Below, piece after piece: positions 1 to 10,455 of a stretch of 64,000 bases of DNA. The stretch is from NCBI RefSeq assembly GCF_004010195.1, contig NC_057749.1, positions 12,677,180 through 12,741,179 on the forward strand. Direction: 5' to 3'. Made by a program: the position numbers and the translations under genes. The notes beneath the pieces are model-generated. The model ran no database searches, had not been told where the DNA came from, and saw only the letters and a list, made by a program, of their open reading frames with translations. Position 1 is the stretch's first letter, and each line of letters starts with the position of its first letter. The stretch comes from Chiloscyllium plagiosum. Taxonomy: Eukaryota.

Positions 1-1145
1 TCTGGCAACACATTCCAGGCCCTTACCAGTGTGTTTAAAAAAAAACCTGCCTTTCACATCTCCTTTTAAGTTAAACCTATGTGCCCCATTAACTGCCCTA
101 GTAACTATACTGGGGAAAAAGACTCCAACTATCCATACCTCTCAATTTTGCAAGCTTCCATCAGATTGCCCGTCTTCCTTCAGCATTCAAGTAAAAATAA
201 TGCAAGCTTGTCCAATCTCTCTTCATAGCTAATACCCTCCAAACCAAAATACATCCTGGTAAATCATTTGTGTACCTTCTCCAAAGCTGCCACATCCTTC
301 TGGTAGTGTAGCAACCAGAACTGTGCAAAACATTCCAAATTTGACCTAAAGTTCTATACAACTGCAACATGACTTGCCAATTTTTTTCCTGAGCTCTGAC
401 TGATGAAGGCAAGCATGCTATATGCTTTCTGACCACTTGTGTTGACACTTTCAGGGAATGGTGAATCTGTATGCCTCGATCACTCAGTATGTTGATGCTA
501 TTAAAAGGATTCTACTATTTGCTGTATATTCCTCTCGTGCATTAAATCATCCAAAATACATATATAAGACAACAGGGATCGCAGTACTGATCCCTGCAGT
601 ATACCACTGGTCACTCCAGTCAGAAAAATACCCTTTCAACCTTATTCTGTCTTTTATGACAATGCCAGATCTGCATCCATCTCATCAGCCCACTGCAGAT
701 CCAACGTGACAGCACCTTTTGGAAAAGCACAGCAGGGTCAGGCAGATCGGAGGAGCAGCAGAGTTGACGTTTTGGGCATTCCTGATAAAGGGCTTATACA
801 CGAAATGTCAACTCTCCTGCTCCTTGGAAAGTGCCTGACCAGTTGTGCTTTTTCAGCACCACACTGTTCAACTCTGACTCTCCAGCATCTGCAGTCCTCA
901 CTCTCCACCCTTCCTATCAGCCTGCCATGATGGACCTTGTCAAAGGCCTTGCTAAAGTCCTTATAGACAATAACGATTACCCCGCCCTCAATTATTTTTG
1001 TCACTTCCACAAAAATTCAAATTAAGAGTCAGACGGCATGGAAACAGACACTTCTGTCCAACAATCCGCACTGATTATGTTCCCAAACTAAACCTGCCCC
1101 TCCTGCCCATGCTCGGCCTCAATTCCTCCAAGCCTTTCCTGTCTA
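1..1145 (-). mobile_element. Decayed CR1 LINE ORF2 fragments, interrupted by a PLE-derived palindrome at about 718-905
   Basis: Minus-strand peptides such as YKDFSKAFDKVHHGRL and MLQLYRTL are CR1 RT motifs; many stops. Confidence 0.75.
718..905. mobile_element. Short palindromic derivative of Penelope family A terminal repeat
   Basis: GGAAAAGCACAGCAGG...GTTGACGTTTTGGGCA is followed by an inverted copy CCTGATAAAGGGCTTATACACGAAATGTCAAC...CATCTGCAGTCCTCAC; same sequence as the end of the PLE at 22815-22930. Confidence 0.8.
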
Positions 1146-1151
1146 TAAACT

Positions 1152-2292
1152 TGAGGGCAGAGTGGTGGATGTGACCTATATAGAATTCAGTAAGGAGTCT
1201 CACAAGGTTCACAGTAGACTGGTTAGCAAGGTTGGATGTCATGGAATACAGGGAGATCTAGCCATTTGGACACAGAACTGGCTCAAAGGTGGTGGTAGAG
1301 GGTTGCTTTTCAGACTCGAAGCCTGTGACCAGCCATTTGCTACAAGAATCAGTGGTGGGTCCATGAATGGTTTGGATATCAGCATAGGAGGTACAGTAAG
1401 TTTGCAGGCGACACCAAAATTGGAGGTGTAGTGGACAGCAAAGGACGTTACCTCAGAGTACAACAGGATCTCGATCAGATGGACCAATGGGTCGAGAAGT
1501 GGCTGATGGAGTTCAAGTTAGAAAAACATGAGGTCCTGCATTTTGGAAAGGCAAATCAAGGCCAGACTTATACACTTAATGGTAAAGTCCAGAGGAGTGT
1601 TACTGAACAAAGAGACCTTGGAGTGCAGGTACGTAGTTCCTTGAAAGTAGAGTCGCAGGTCAATAGGATAGAGATGAAGGCACTTGGTATGCTTGCCATA
1701 TAGGTCTGTGCATTGAGTATAAGAGTTGGGAGGTCATGCTGTGGCTATCCAGCACATTGGATAGGCCACTTATGGAAGACTGCATACCATTCTGGTTTCT
1801 CTGCAATAGGAAGTATGTTGTGAAACTTGAAGAGGTTCAGAAAAGATTTACAAGAATGTTGCCAGGGTTGGAGTGTTTGAGTAGAAGAAGCTCCCTGCAG
1901 TGTCAAAGACTGAGGGGCAACCTTAGAGGTTTATAAAATTATGAAAGACATAATTATGAAATAGGGTAAATAGACATGGTCTTTTCCCTGGGGTAGGGAA
2001 GTCCAAAATTAGAGGGCAAAGGTTTAAGGTGAGAGGGGAAAGAATTAAAAGACACCTAAGGGATAACTGCTTCACGCAGAGGATGGTGCATGTATGGAAT
2101 GAGCTGGCAGAAGAAATGGTGGAGGCTGGTACAATTGCAACATTTCAAAGACATCTGGATGGGTATATGAATAGGTAGGGTTCAGAGGGATACGGGCCAA
2201 ATGCTGGCAAATTGGACTAGGTTTATTTAGGATATCTGGTCAGCATGGATCAATTGGACCAAAGGGTCTGTTTCTGTGCCATACATCTATAT
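1152..2292 (+). mobile_element. 5'-truncated CR1 LINE (RT C-terminus and 3' UTR)
   Basis: Fragments [33 protein letters not shown]; 3' end GGACCAAAGGGTCTGTTTC. Confidence 0.9.
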
Positions 2293-4120
2293 AACTTATC
2301 CAAATGTCTTTTTAATGTTGTATTTGTATCTGCATCCACCACTTCCTCTGGCAGTTCATTCCATACATGAACCATGCTTTTTTTTTTGTAAAAAAAATTG
2401 CTCCACGTCTTTTTTACATCTTTCTCCTCTCACTTAAAACATATAACCCCCCCCCCTCTAGGGAATGACCCTCATCATTCACCTTATTGATACCACCCAT
2501 GATTTTATAAACTTCAATTTGGTCACTCCTCAACCTCCTTTCTCTGGTGGAAAAACGTTCCAGTCTATTTTTATATCTCAAACCCTCCATTCCTGGCAAC
2601 ATCCTGGTAAATCTTTTCTGAACCCTCTCCAGTTTAATAATACCATTCCTATAACAGGAACCAAACCATACACAGTACTCCAGAAGTGGCCTCACAAACG
2701 ACCTGTACAACCTCAACATGCCAACCCAACTCCTATACTCAAAGGAGTAAGTAATGGAGGCCTCCACTCCGAAAACAACTCTCCACCACCCTGTCTCCTA
2801 CCATAAAGCCAAATTTGTATCCAATTGGCAAGTTTGTCCTGAATCCTATGTGGTCTAACTTTACTAATTAGTCTACCATGAGGAATCTTGTCAAAGTGTT
2901 TACTTGGAGTTAAGTAAAGCAAGTCTACTGCTCTGACCTTTTGATTACTTCATTAGGAAAGTCAAGTTTGAAAGACATGATTTTGCTCACACAAAACCCA
3001 TGTTGACTATCCCTAATATCAGTCCTTGCCTCTCCAAATGCATGTAAATCCTATCTTCCAGAATCATCTACAACAACCTACTTATCACTGATGTCAGACT
3101 CACAGACCTATAGGTTTAGGCTTCTCCATACATTCTTTCTTAAAGGATAACACATTAGCGACCCTTCATTCCTTTGGTACTTCACCTGTATTTATAGATG
3201 ATAAAAATATTTCTGTTAAGACCATGGAAATTTTTCCCTAACTTGCCACAATGTTCTGGGGTACACCTAATCAGGTCCTGAAGATTTATCTATCTTTATG
3301 TTTTCTAAGACCTCCAGTACTTCCACTTCTGTAATGTGAACAGCTGCCAAAACATCAATATTTATTTTCCCATATTCTCCAGCCTCCATTTATTTTTCAC
3401 TAGTAAAATTGATGGGGTATGCTTATTTAATATCTCTCCCATCTCCCAAGTATTCTTCAACAGCTCTGACTGTCTTCTTCAGCCTTATGTATGCCTCCTT
3501 TTCTCATTTTAACTAAGTTCTCAATTTCTCTAGTTATCCAAGATTCCCAAATCTTGCCACCCTTACCCTTTTTTTCCACAGGAACATGTTGGTTCTGAAC
3601 TCTAAACAAATGGACTTTAAAAGATTCCCATATTCCAGATGTGGATTTACCCTCAAACAGCTGCCCTCAATCTGTATTCACCAGTTCCTGTCTAACATCA
3701 GTTTAGTTTTTCACAAGAGAACTACGCTTATCTTTATCAAGAAGTAAATTAAAGTTTACAGAATTATATAGTCACTGTTCCCAAAACGCTCGCCCAAACT
3801 TCAATCACCTAGCCAGTCTCATCAATACCGGATCTAGTATGGCTCCTTGCATGGTTGGACTATTTACATGTTGTTTCCAAAAAAAAAAAGTCCTGAACAC
3901 ACCGAACAAATTCTCTCCCATCCAAGCCCCATGGCACTAAGGGTCCCAGTCAACTTAGGGAAGTTAAAAATCACCAACAACTTCAATGTTGTTCTTACAT
4001 TTTTCCATAATCTGTCCCTCTATCACCTGCTGGCTGTTGGAAGACCTGTACTACAACACTAAAGTGAATACACCCTTTCTATTCCTGAGCTCTCTACCCA
4101 TATGGTATTGCTGTATGAGC
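2293..4120 (-). mobile_element. Decayed CR1 LINE, tail-to-tail with the preceding copy
   Basis: Minus ORFs LYRSFVRPLLEYCV...[18 protein letters not shown] and FDKIPHGRLISKV; the distal boundary is approximate. Confidence 0.8.
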
Positions 4121-5250
4121 CTTTAGATAGGTAAGACACTGGAATGGTCTACCAAATGTTAGACAAAAAAAAGTGTCAACATTTAAGAATATAGTTGATG
4201 GGTGGCTGAAATGGAATGAAGGGATACAGTGACAAAGTCAGCATCAGAATTAACATTATGGTTGATGTGAAAAACACCGACTGCTTGAGGTGAATGACCA
4301 GCTTCCATGTTATATCTATTTAGTTAGAAGTTTAAAGTAATCACTTTCAGGAACAATTATAGTGTTCACTCAGCTGATGCTCAAATACACAGTGAATTAA
4401 AACTAAACAAACTACTATTGTGTAATGTTATTTTTCATTGTGAAAATGAGAATCAGTTACCATTAAAACAGTTGTTTTTGGCTCTGTGTGTTGGCATGTT
4501 ATGCCACTTAAGTGATCCTGGAGTATAGCCTTGAATCGAGCTCCCACAACCCTTGTAATCCCTCTCTTAAAATCAATTAATCTTTGATCCTGCTGTTGTT
4601 GGCTCATTTGCTGGTATCTGGACACCCAAGTGCAACTTGTGGAGCCTGTGAAACATGCCTTTCAATTGCAGTTTAATCTATCATGATTTCTGACATTATC
4701 CTATGGAGTGCTACCTAACTCATCAGAAATCACAATCATTTAGGCACGAGGTATAAAGAAGTTAGTACACACAGCTGCCTTCCACCAAAGACACATACTG
4801 CAAATAACCTGATCTCACATGGAAAATAGTTATTGAATCATATGAAACTAAACAGGAGAGGTGGCAAGCAGAGAGAACACAGGAAGCACAGAGATGGAGA
4901 CCATCAGCACACCTTTTGTCCTTAGCTGTACAGATAAGGCTACTTTTATTGTTCATAGTTTTGTACTACTGATCCAGTTAACTTCATACGAAACTTAAAT
5001 ATGATGGTTGTTCACAAACTGTGAGATCACACAAGGAATTTCGATGGAAGAGACACAATAGTTCCAAGGACAGAAGCCTGAAAGTAAGAACTGATAAAAA
5101 TACATCCAAAATGCACTTGTGGCAATGTCAATCTCTTGGGGGTAAATACAAATAGTAAGAGAAGGCTTCTCTGTAATTCTTCAGCAATGCTCTGGCACAT
5201 AAGTCATTCAATTGCATATGGTGCTAAGTTCCCGGAGGTTTCTGGTCTAC

Positions 5251-5322
5251 CTTAGTGTTTGCTGCAATCCAATTGGAAGTTTCACTGTCATCATCACACT
5301 TCTTAATCCACTTCTTCAACCA
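5251..5322 (-). CDS. ARIH1: ARIH1 coding exon 9, 72 nt (last exon found in window)
   Basis: [24 protein letters not shown]; acceptor ctttgtag|TGG, donor AAG|GTAGAC. The next expected exon (ECPKC...) was not seen in 1-5250. Confidence 0.96.
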
Positions 5323-5419
5323 CTACAAAGAAGAAAACGTTATATGTGATTTCTGCAGTTAATAACCACACAAGAGGCAGCTCACCTACAAATATATCAT
5401 TTGCAGGTAATTTTAGAAA

Positions 5420-5731
5420 TTAGATTAGATTACATTACAGCGTGGAAACAGGCCCTTCGGCCCAACAAGTCCACACCGCCCCGCCGAAGCGCAACCCACC
5501 CATACTCCTACATCTACCCCTTACCTAACACTACGGGCAATTTAGCATGGCCAATTCACCTGACCTGCACATCTTTGGACTGTGGGAGGAAACCGGAGCA
5601 CCCGGAGGAAACCCACGCAGACACGGGGAGAATGTGCAAACTCCACACAGTCAGTCGCCTGAGGCGGGAATTGAACCCGGGTCTCTGCGCTGTGAGGCAG
5701 CAGTGCTAACCACTGTGCCACCGTGCCGCCC
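5420..5731 (-). mobile_element. Full-length HE1/V-SINE-type tRNA-derived SINE
   Basis: Minus strand: A box GTGGCACAGTGG, B box GGTTCAATTCC, central GTGGGTTTCCTCCGGGTGCTCCGGTTTCCTCCCAC, CR1-like 3' end GGGCCGAAGGGCCTGTTTCC and (TAATC/TAATG)n tail; CpGs largely intact, so young. Confidence 0.92.
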
Positions 5732-6563
5732 ATTTAAGCTAAAATGGAGATCAGTACACCCCAAATAATTGGCAAACTATTTGAGACATTTCTTAAATTT
5801 CCACACACCAGTTTTGTTCTCCATGTCATGCTGTCAGAGAAAATTATTTATTCCTTGGACTCTGCCAGTGTTATGAGGGATTTAGATACTACAGTATCTC
5901 AGGGTGATTTTCTGTCTGCGTTAGAAGTACTGGGCTCCATGGGACACTTGGCAAAAGTCAGCCCATGGAAACATGGGATTCTAACTGTAGCATCTGCAAA
6001 TGCAATGTGGCTTCTCCTGTTCACAATATTAATATAATAATGTCATGTACTTCTACAGAAAATCAATATGCCTCAAATAGATTGTCCTGTCAATGTTCAA
6101 TGGATATTAGCTCATCCATTCTCTCTTCATTACCGACACTGGTTGATGCAACTGTTTTCAACTGCACATGGGCCTGATTTACAAATCTATCCAGACCTTA
6201 TATCACCTCGTTTGCACTATGGATCTTTTTGATATGTTTCACAAGGCTGATGTTTTTACAACACAGATGTTGCATCAGCACAATTAGTCATTGTCACTCT
6301 TCAGGGGCTGTGAGAAACATGGCAGCGTAAGGGAGAGAAATCATGAGTCCCATGCTGCTCGTGGCCTGAACACATCAATTCTGTCCCTGGCCAAAGTGCA
6401 GCTGCAGCAGCATCAGCACACCCCATCCCCCAGCTCTGCTTCTTTCCCCCGTAGACTCTTCCACAGAATCCTGTTGCTTTATCATTTGTTTTATTTCACT
6501 TTCACCGAAGTATCTCGATTGCAAGAATTTATTGATGATTGAATACATGTAGCAGTCTCTCAC

Positions 6564-6606
6564 CTTGCATTTAACAGGATCATGCCAATTCTCAGCACAG
6601 TTGAAG
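6564..6606 (-). CDS. ARIH1: ARIH1 coding exon 8 (IBR domain), 43 nt
   Basis: FNCAENWHDPVKCK; acceptor ttacag|C, donor AAG|GTGAGA. Confidence 0.96.
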
Positions 6607-6724
6607 CTGTAAATTAAACAAAAGTTATTTAATATTTGTGTGACTCAGACCTCAGTTCAGGTAGCTCAAGACAACGAGTACTCAGAGTGGCACTTCGGTA
6701 GAAATTTGTGCTATGTATACTTAC

Positions 6725-6831
6725 CAGAACTGCCGCCCACATTTACAGCGAACAGGTTTTGCATCAGGATACTGGACTTTAATAACATGGTGACAGTCAG
6801 GGGCAGGGCACCATTTTAACAGTCGATTGCA
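6725..6831 (-). CDS. ARIH1: ARIH1 coding exon 7 (IBR domain), 107 nt
   Basis: [35 protein letters not shown](C); acceptor tcacag|TGC, donor TG|GTAAGT. Confidence 0.97.
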
Positions 6832-7167
6832 CTGTGATGGAAAAGCATAACTGTTGGTGTCTCAGTCAAAAAAAAACAGGCACAGTTATGACAGGTTCCA
6901 GTCAGACCCAATCATTATCCAATGAAGTTTCTGTTGCTTGAATTATGATATATACATAAACAGTGACCCCTCCTTAATATTTCAAACCTCCAGCTACTGC
7001 CATATTGCAAAATGATTAAAAGTCCACATTAAACTTATTTAGAAGAACGTTTTGAATTTCCATTTCACTAGTTTGGCAGCCAATGCTTTCAATGAACACC
7101 TTTACATCAAAGTTCCATGCTTACAACTTTCACACACATTATTCATTTTGAGTAGAAAAAAAATTAC

Positions 7168-7234
7168 CTCTACAAAACTGTTGGTTATTAAATGCTGGTA
7201 CTTCAACTTGACTTTGGAATCTGTGATCAAACGC
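7168..7234 (-). CDS. ARIH1: ARIH1 coding exon 6, 67 nt
   Basis: [22 protein letters not shown]; acceptor ttttctctag|G, donor GAG|GTAATT. Confidence 0.97.
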
Positions 7235-8296
7235 CTAGAGAAAATAAACAGACATATTACTTGATTAAACTAAATGTACTGGAAGGAAAAAATAGTCATT
7301 TCATAGTGGAAGCAACGTAACGCAACCATAGCCTGCATTCTTACTGATTTCATTGCTCAATCACTATTACAGAGATGTTTGGGTGTAGTGGGGTTGGGTG
7401 GGAGACAAGGAGGAGGAGAAGGAGACAGGATAGAAAGAGAGGGCTTGCAATTGGAGATGGTAAGCTGTTGTATGTTCTTTATACAAAAAAATCTTTTCAG
7501 TGTAATTACTGATAAATGGACAAATGAATCATCTTTCTGTGGGAGATACAAATTTTGCAGGCAGATATTGCAATCAGGAATTATAGACTTTTTTTCTGAT
7601 AGAGCTTTAGATAAACTAAATGCTCTCCTCACTTGCATTGAACTTGTCACAATGACAGCCAAACACGGACGGAAAGCAAATGCCTCTATGTATTTTAATA
7701 TTAAATAGTGAGGACTCTAATGTTTGCGCTATAGTCACAAATTAGGATGCAAACAACACATTATGAATGCAATATACTTTATTGGGTTTGTCATAATAGA
7801 AACAGGTACATTACAAATGGAGTCCCACCTTCAGCCTGAAACAGTCAAAAGGGATGAGAGTTCATTCAACTTTAAAACATGACCCCACTTCTTCAGAAAT
7901 AAACAGCTTGCAATTTATCAGAAGTGAAACACAAAATACATCAAGGTAGATGCACTTTACCATGGCTGTCATTTAACTGAAATGTTATGTAAATAGAACA
8001 TGCTGAAACAAGATGACTGTTAACTTGTATATACATAAAGTACAATGAACTCAGATCAATCAGAAGCCAGTTGCTCAACCCTACTTTGTAAACCAATTAC
8101 ACACTACAGAAATTGCAAGTGTTAGATAAGGTTAGCATGAAGCACAAGCACTGCTATGGCCCTGTTAGACTGAATGGCCTAATCTCTGCACTGCAAGTTC
8201 TGTAATTCAGTGTTAATCATTTCAGAACTGCAAAAAGTCATTAATTCTTTTGAAGTTCATCACAGAGGCAGTGCTGCAGGAGAGAATTGAGTGATT

Positions 8297-8612
8297 GAGT
8301 CAGAATCCTATAGCATGGAGACAGGCCTTTGGGCCAAACTGCACCATGCCAACCAAAATGTCTATCCATGTTAACCCCATTTCCCTGCACTTGGCCCATA
8401 TCTTTCTAATCCTTTCTTATCCATGTATTTCTCGAAATGCCTTTTAAATGTTGTTAATGTACCCGCCTCCACCACTTGCACCGCCAGCTCATTCCATATG
8501 CGTACCACCCTCTGTTTAAAAGACACCCCTCAGGTTCTCTTTTATTCTTTCCCCTCTAACCTTAACCTGATGCCCTGGCGCTGTGAGGCAGCAGTGCTAA
8601 CCACTGTGCCAC
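8297..8612 (-). mobile_element. CR1 3'-end fragment joined to the 5' tRNA-like head of an HE1 SINE (about 8575-8612)
   Basis: Matches CR1 3' UTRs elsewhere in the window; GCGCTGTGAGGCAGCAGTGCTAACCACTGTGCCAC is identical to the SINE at about 5687-5721. Confidence 0.75.
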
Positions 8613-8879
8613 CCACACTGCGAAGAGTTTCCTGAAGAGAAACAGCTTACTTATTCCAATTGATCCATCCAGTGTTTAGGTTACACTTGAGCTTACTCCT
8701 GGCCTAGCAGCATTCATTTCTTTTTCATGTTTTTCAAGCATTCTTCCACATAATACAAATGGAATTTGCACCTGATCATGACCAATGCATAATTTCATTA
8801 ACATAGTGCCAGCTCTTCCTTAAAGTGAAGTTGGGCAGCTGAGTTTTAACTGATTTCTTGAATGGTGAGAGCTTAGAAA

Positions 8880-9985
8880 GTCAGAGTCATCCAGCACAGA
8901 AACAAACCCTTCAGCCCAGCTCGCCCATGCCAACCAATTTCTCCAAACTCAACTAGTCCCGTTTATCTGCATTATATGGCCCGTATTGCTCAAACCCTTT
9001 CCTATTCATGTAGCTGTCCAAATGTCTTCTAAATGTTTACAAGTTTTAAACAGTATCTGAGAAGTCCAAAGGGGTCTCGGTGTCCTTGATGCAAATGCAG
9101 AAAGCATTCAAAAGGCAAACAACATGACAGTCTTTATCACAATAGAATGAACATAGGAATAACATGTGCAAGGAAAGATATACTTTTCCTAGAGGGAGTG
9201 CAGCAGAGGTTCACCAGATTGATTCCTGGAATAATTGGATTACCCAGTCAGGAGAGATTGGAGAGACTGGGCCTGTATTCTCAGAAGTTCGGAGAATGAG
9301 ATGATTGTGCAAAAACTTACCATACCAAATGACTTATAGAAGTCTTAAAGGGATACACAAGCTATATATAGAAATAATGCTACCACTAGCTATTGGGTTT
9401 AGAATATCATAAAAGGCAAGCCCTTTAGGACTGAAACGAGGAGCACCTTGTTACAGTCATAGACTTATACAGCACAGAAACAGACCCTTTGGTCCAAGTC
9501 ACCTGGGCCAATCAGACATCCCAATTTGACCTAGTCCCATTTGCCAGCATTTGGCCCATATCTCTCTAAACCTTTCCTATTCATACACCCATCCAGATGC
9601 CTTTTAAGTGTTGTAATTGTACCAGCCTCTACCACTTCCTCTGTCAGCTCGTTCCATATACGCACCATCCTGTGTGTTACCCCTCAGGTTCTTTTTAAAG
9701 CTTTTCGCTCTCACCTTAAACCTATGCTTTGGACTTCTCCATCAGAGGAAAAAAGACCTTGGCTATTCACCCTATCCACGCCCCTCACGATTTTATAAAT
9801 CTCTATAAAATCACCTCTCAATCTTTAACAGGTCAGGTAAGATCACACTAACCTAGTCAGCTTCTCCCTATACTCAAACTCTCCAATGCTGGCAACATGC
9901 TTGTAAATCTTTGCTGCACCCTCTCAAATTTAACAACATCTTTCCTATAGAAGGATAACCAGAATTGCAGGCACCAGTCTAAACA
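8880..9985. mobile_element. Cluster of CR1 fragments (minus 8880-9040, older plus 9050-9445, minus 9453-9985)
   Basis: Similarity to the CR1 RT C-terminus and 3' UTR of other copies in the window. Confidence 0.7.
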
Positions 9986-10039
9986 TTCATTTATAGGGTG
10001 ATCAATCTTCGGAATTCTCTATCCCAGAAGAATGTAAGT

Positions 10040-10455
10040 TACTGTTGTGGTTCTGTTCGCCGAGCTGGGAATTTGTGTTGCAGACATTTCGCCCCCTGTC
10101 TAGGTGACATCCTCAGTGCTTGGGAGCCTCCTTTGAAGCGCTTCTGTGATCTTTCCTCCGGCATTTGTAGTGATTTGAATCTGCCGCTTCCAGTTGTCAG
10201 TTCCAGCTGTCCGTTGCAGTGGTTGGTATATTGGGTCCAGGTCGATGTGCTTATTGATTGAATCGGTGGATGAGTACCATGCCTCTAGGAATTCCCTGGC
10301 TGTTCTCTGTTTGGCTTGTCCTATAATAGTAGTGTTGTCCCAGTCAAATTCATGTTGCTTGTCATCTGCGTGTGAGACTACTAAGGATAGCTGGTCGTGT
10401 CGTTTCGTGGCTAGTTGGTGTTCATGAACATGGATGTTCATTCGCAAACTTTGAA
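10040..10455 (-). mobile_element. Penelope-like element family B, 3' fragment (GIY-YIG C-terminus)
   Basis: HEHQLATKRHDQLSLV...FDWDNTTIIGQAKQRTAREFLEAW; near-identical to 42930-43307 and 56990-57487. Confidence 0.88.
10080..10119 (-). ncRNA. Minimal type-I hammerhead ribozyme motif (PLE family B), sense to ARIH1 intron 5
   Basis: GCA-CTGAGGA-T-GTCACCT-AGAC-AGGGGGC-GAAAT-GTC-TGC: CUGANGA and GAAA intact, stem I GCA/UGC, GUC cleavage triplet; stem III palindrome ACGU has changed to AUGU. Confidence 0.72.

Noticed and set aside
1..5250. Search for ARIH1 exon 10 (ECPKCHVTIEKDGGCNHM)
   Set aside because: Not found; the region is mostly CR1, so the exon probably lies beyond the window rather than being lost.
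5660..5731. tRNA-like sequence with A and B boxes
   Set aside because: It is the head of an HE1-type SINE, continuous with the SINE body and tail.
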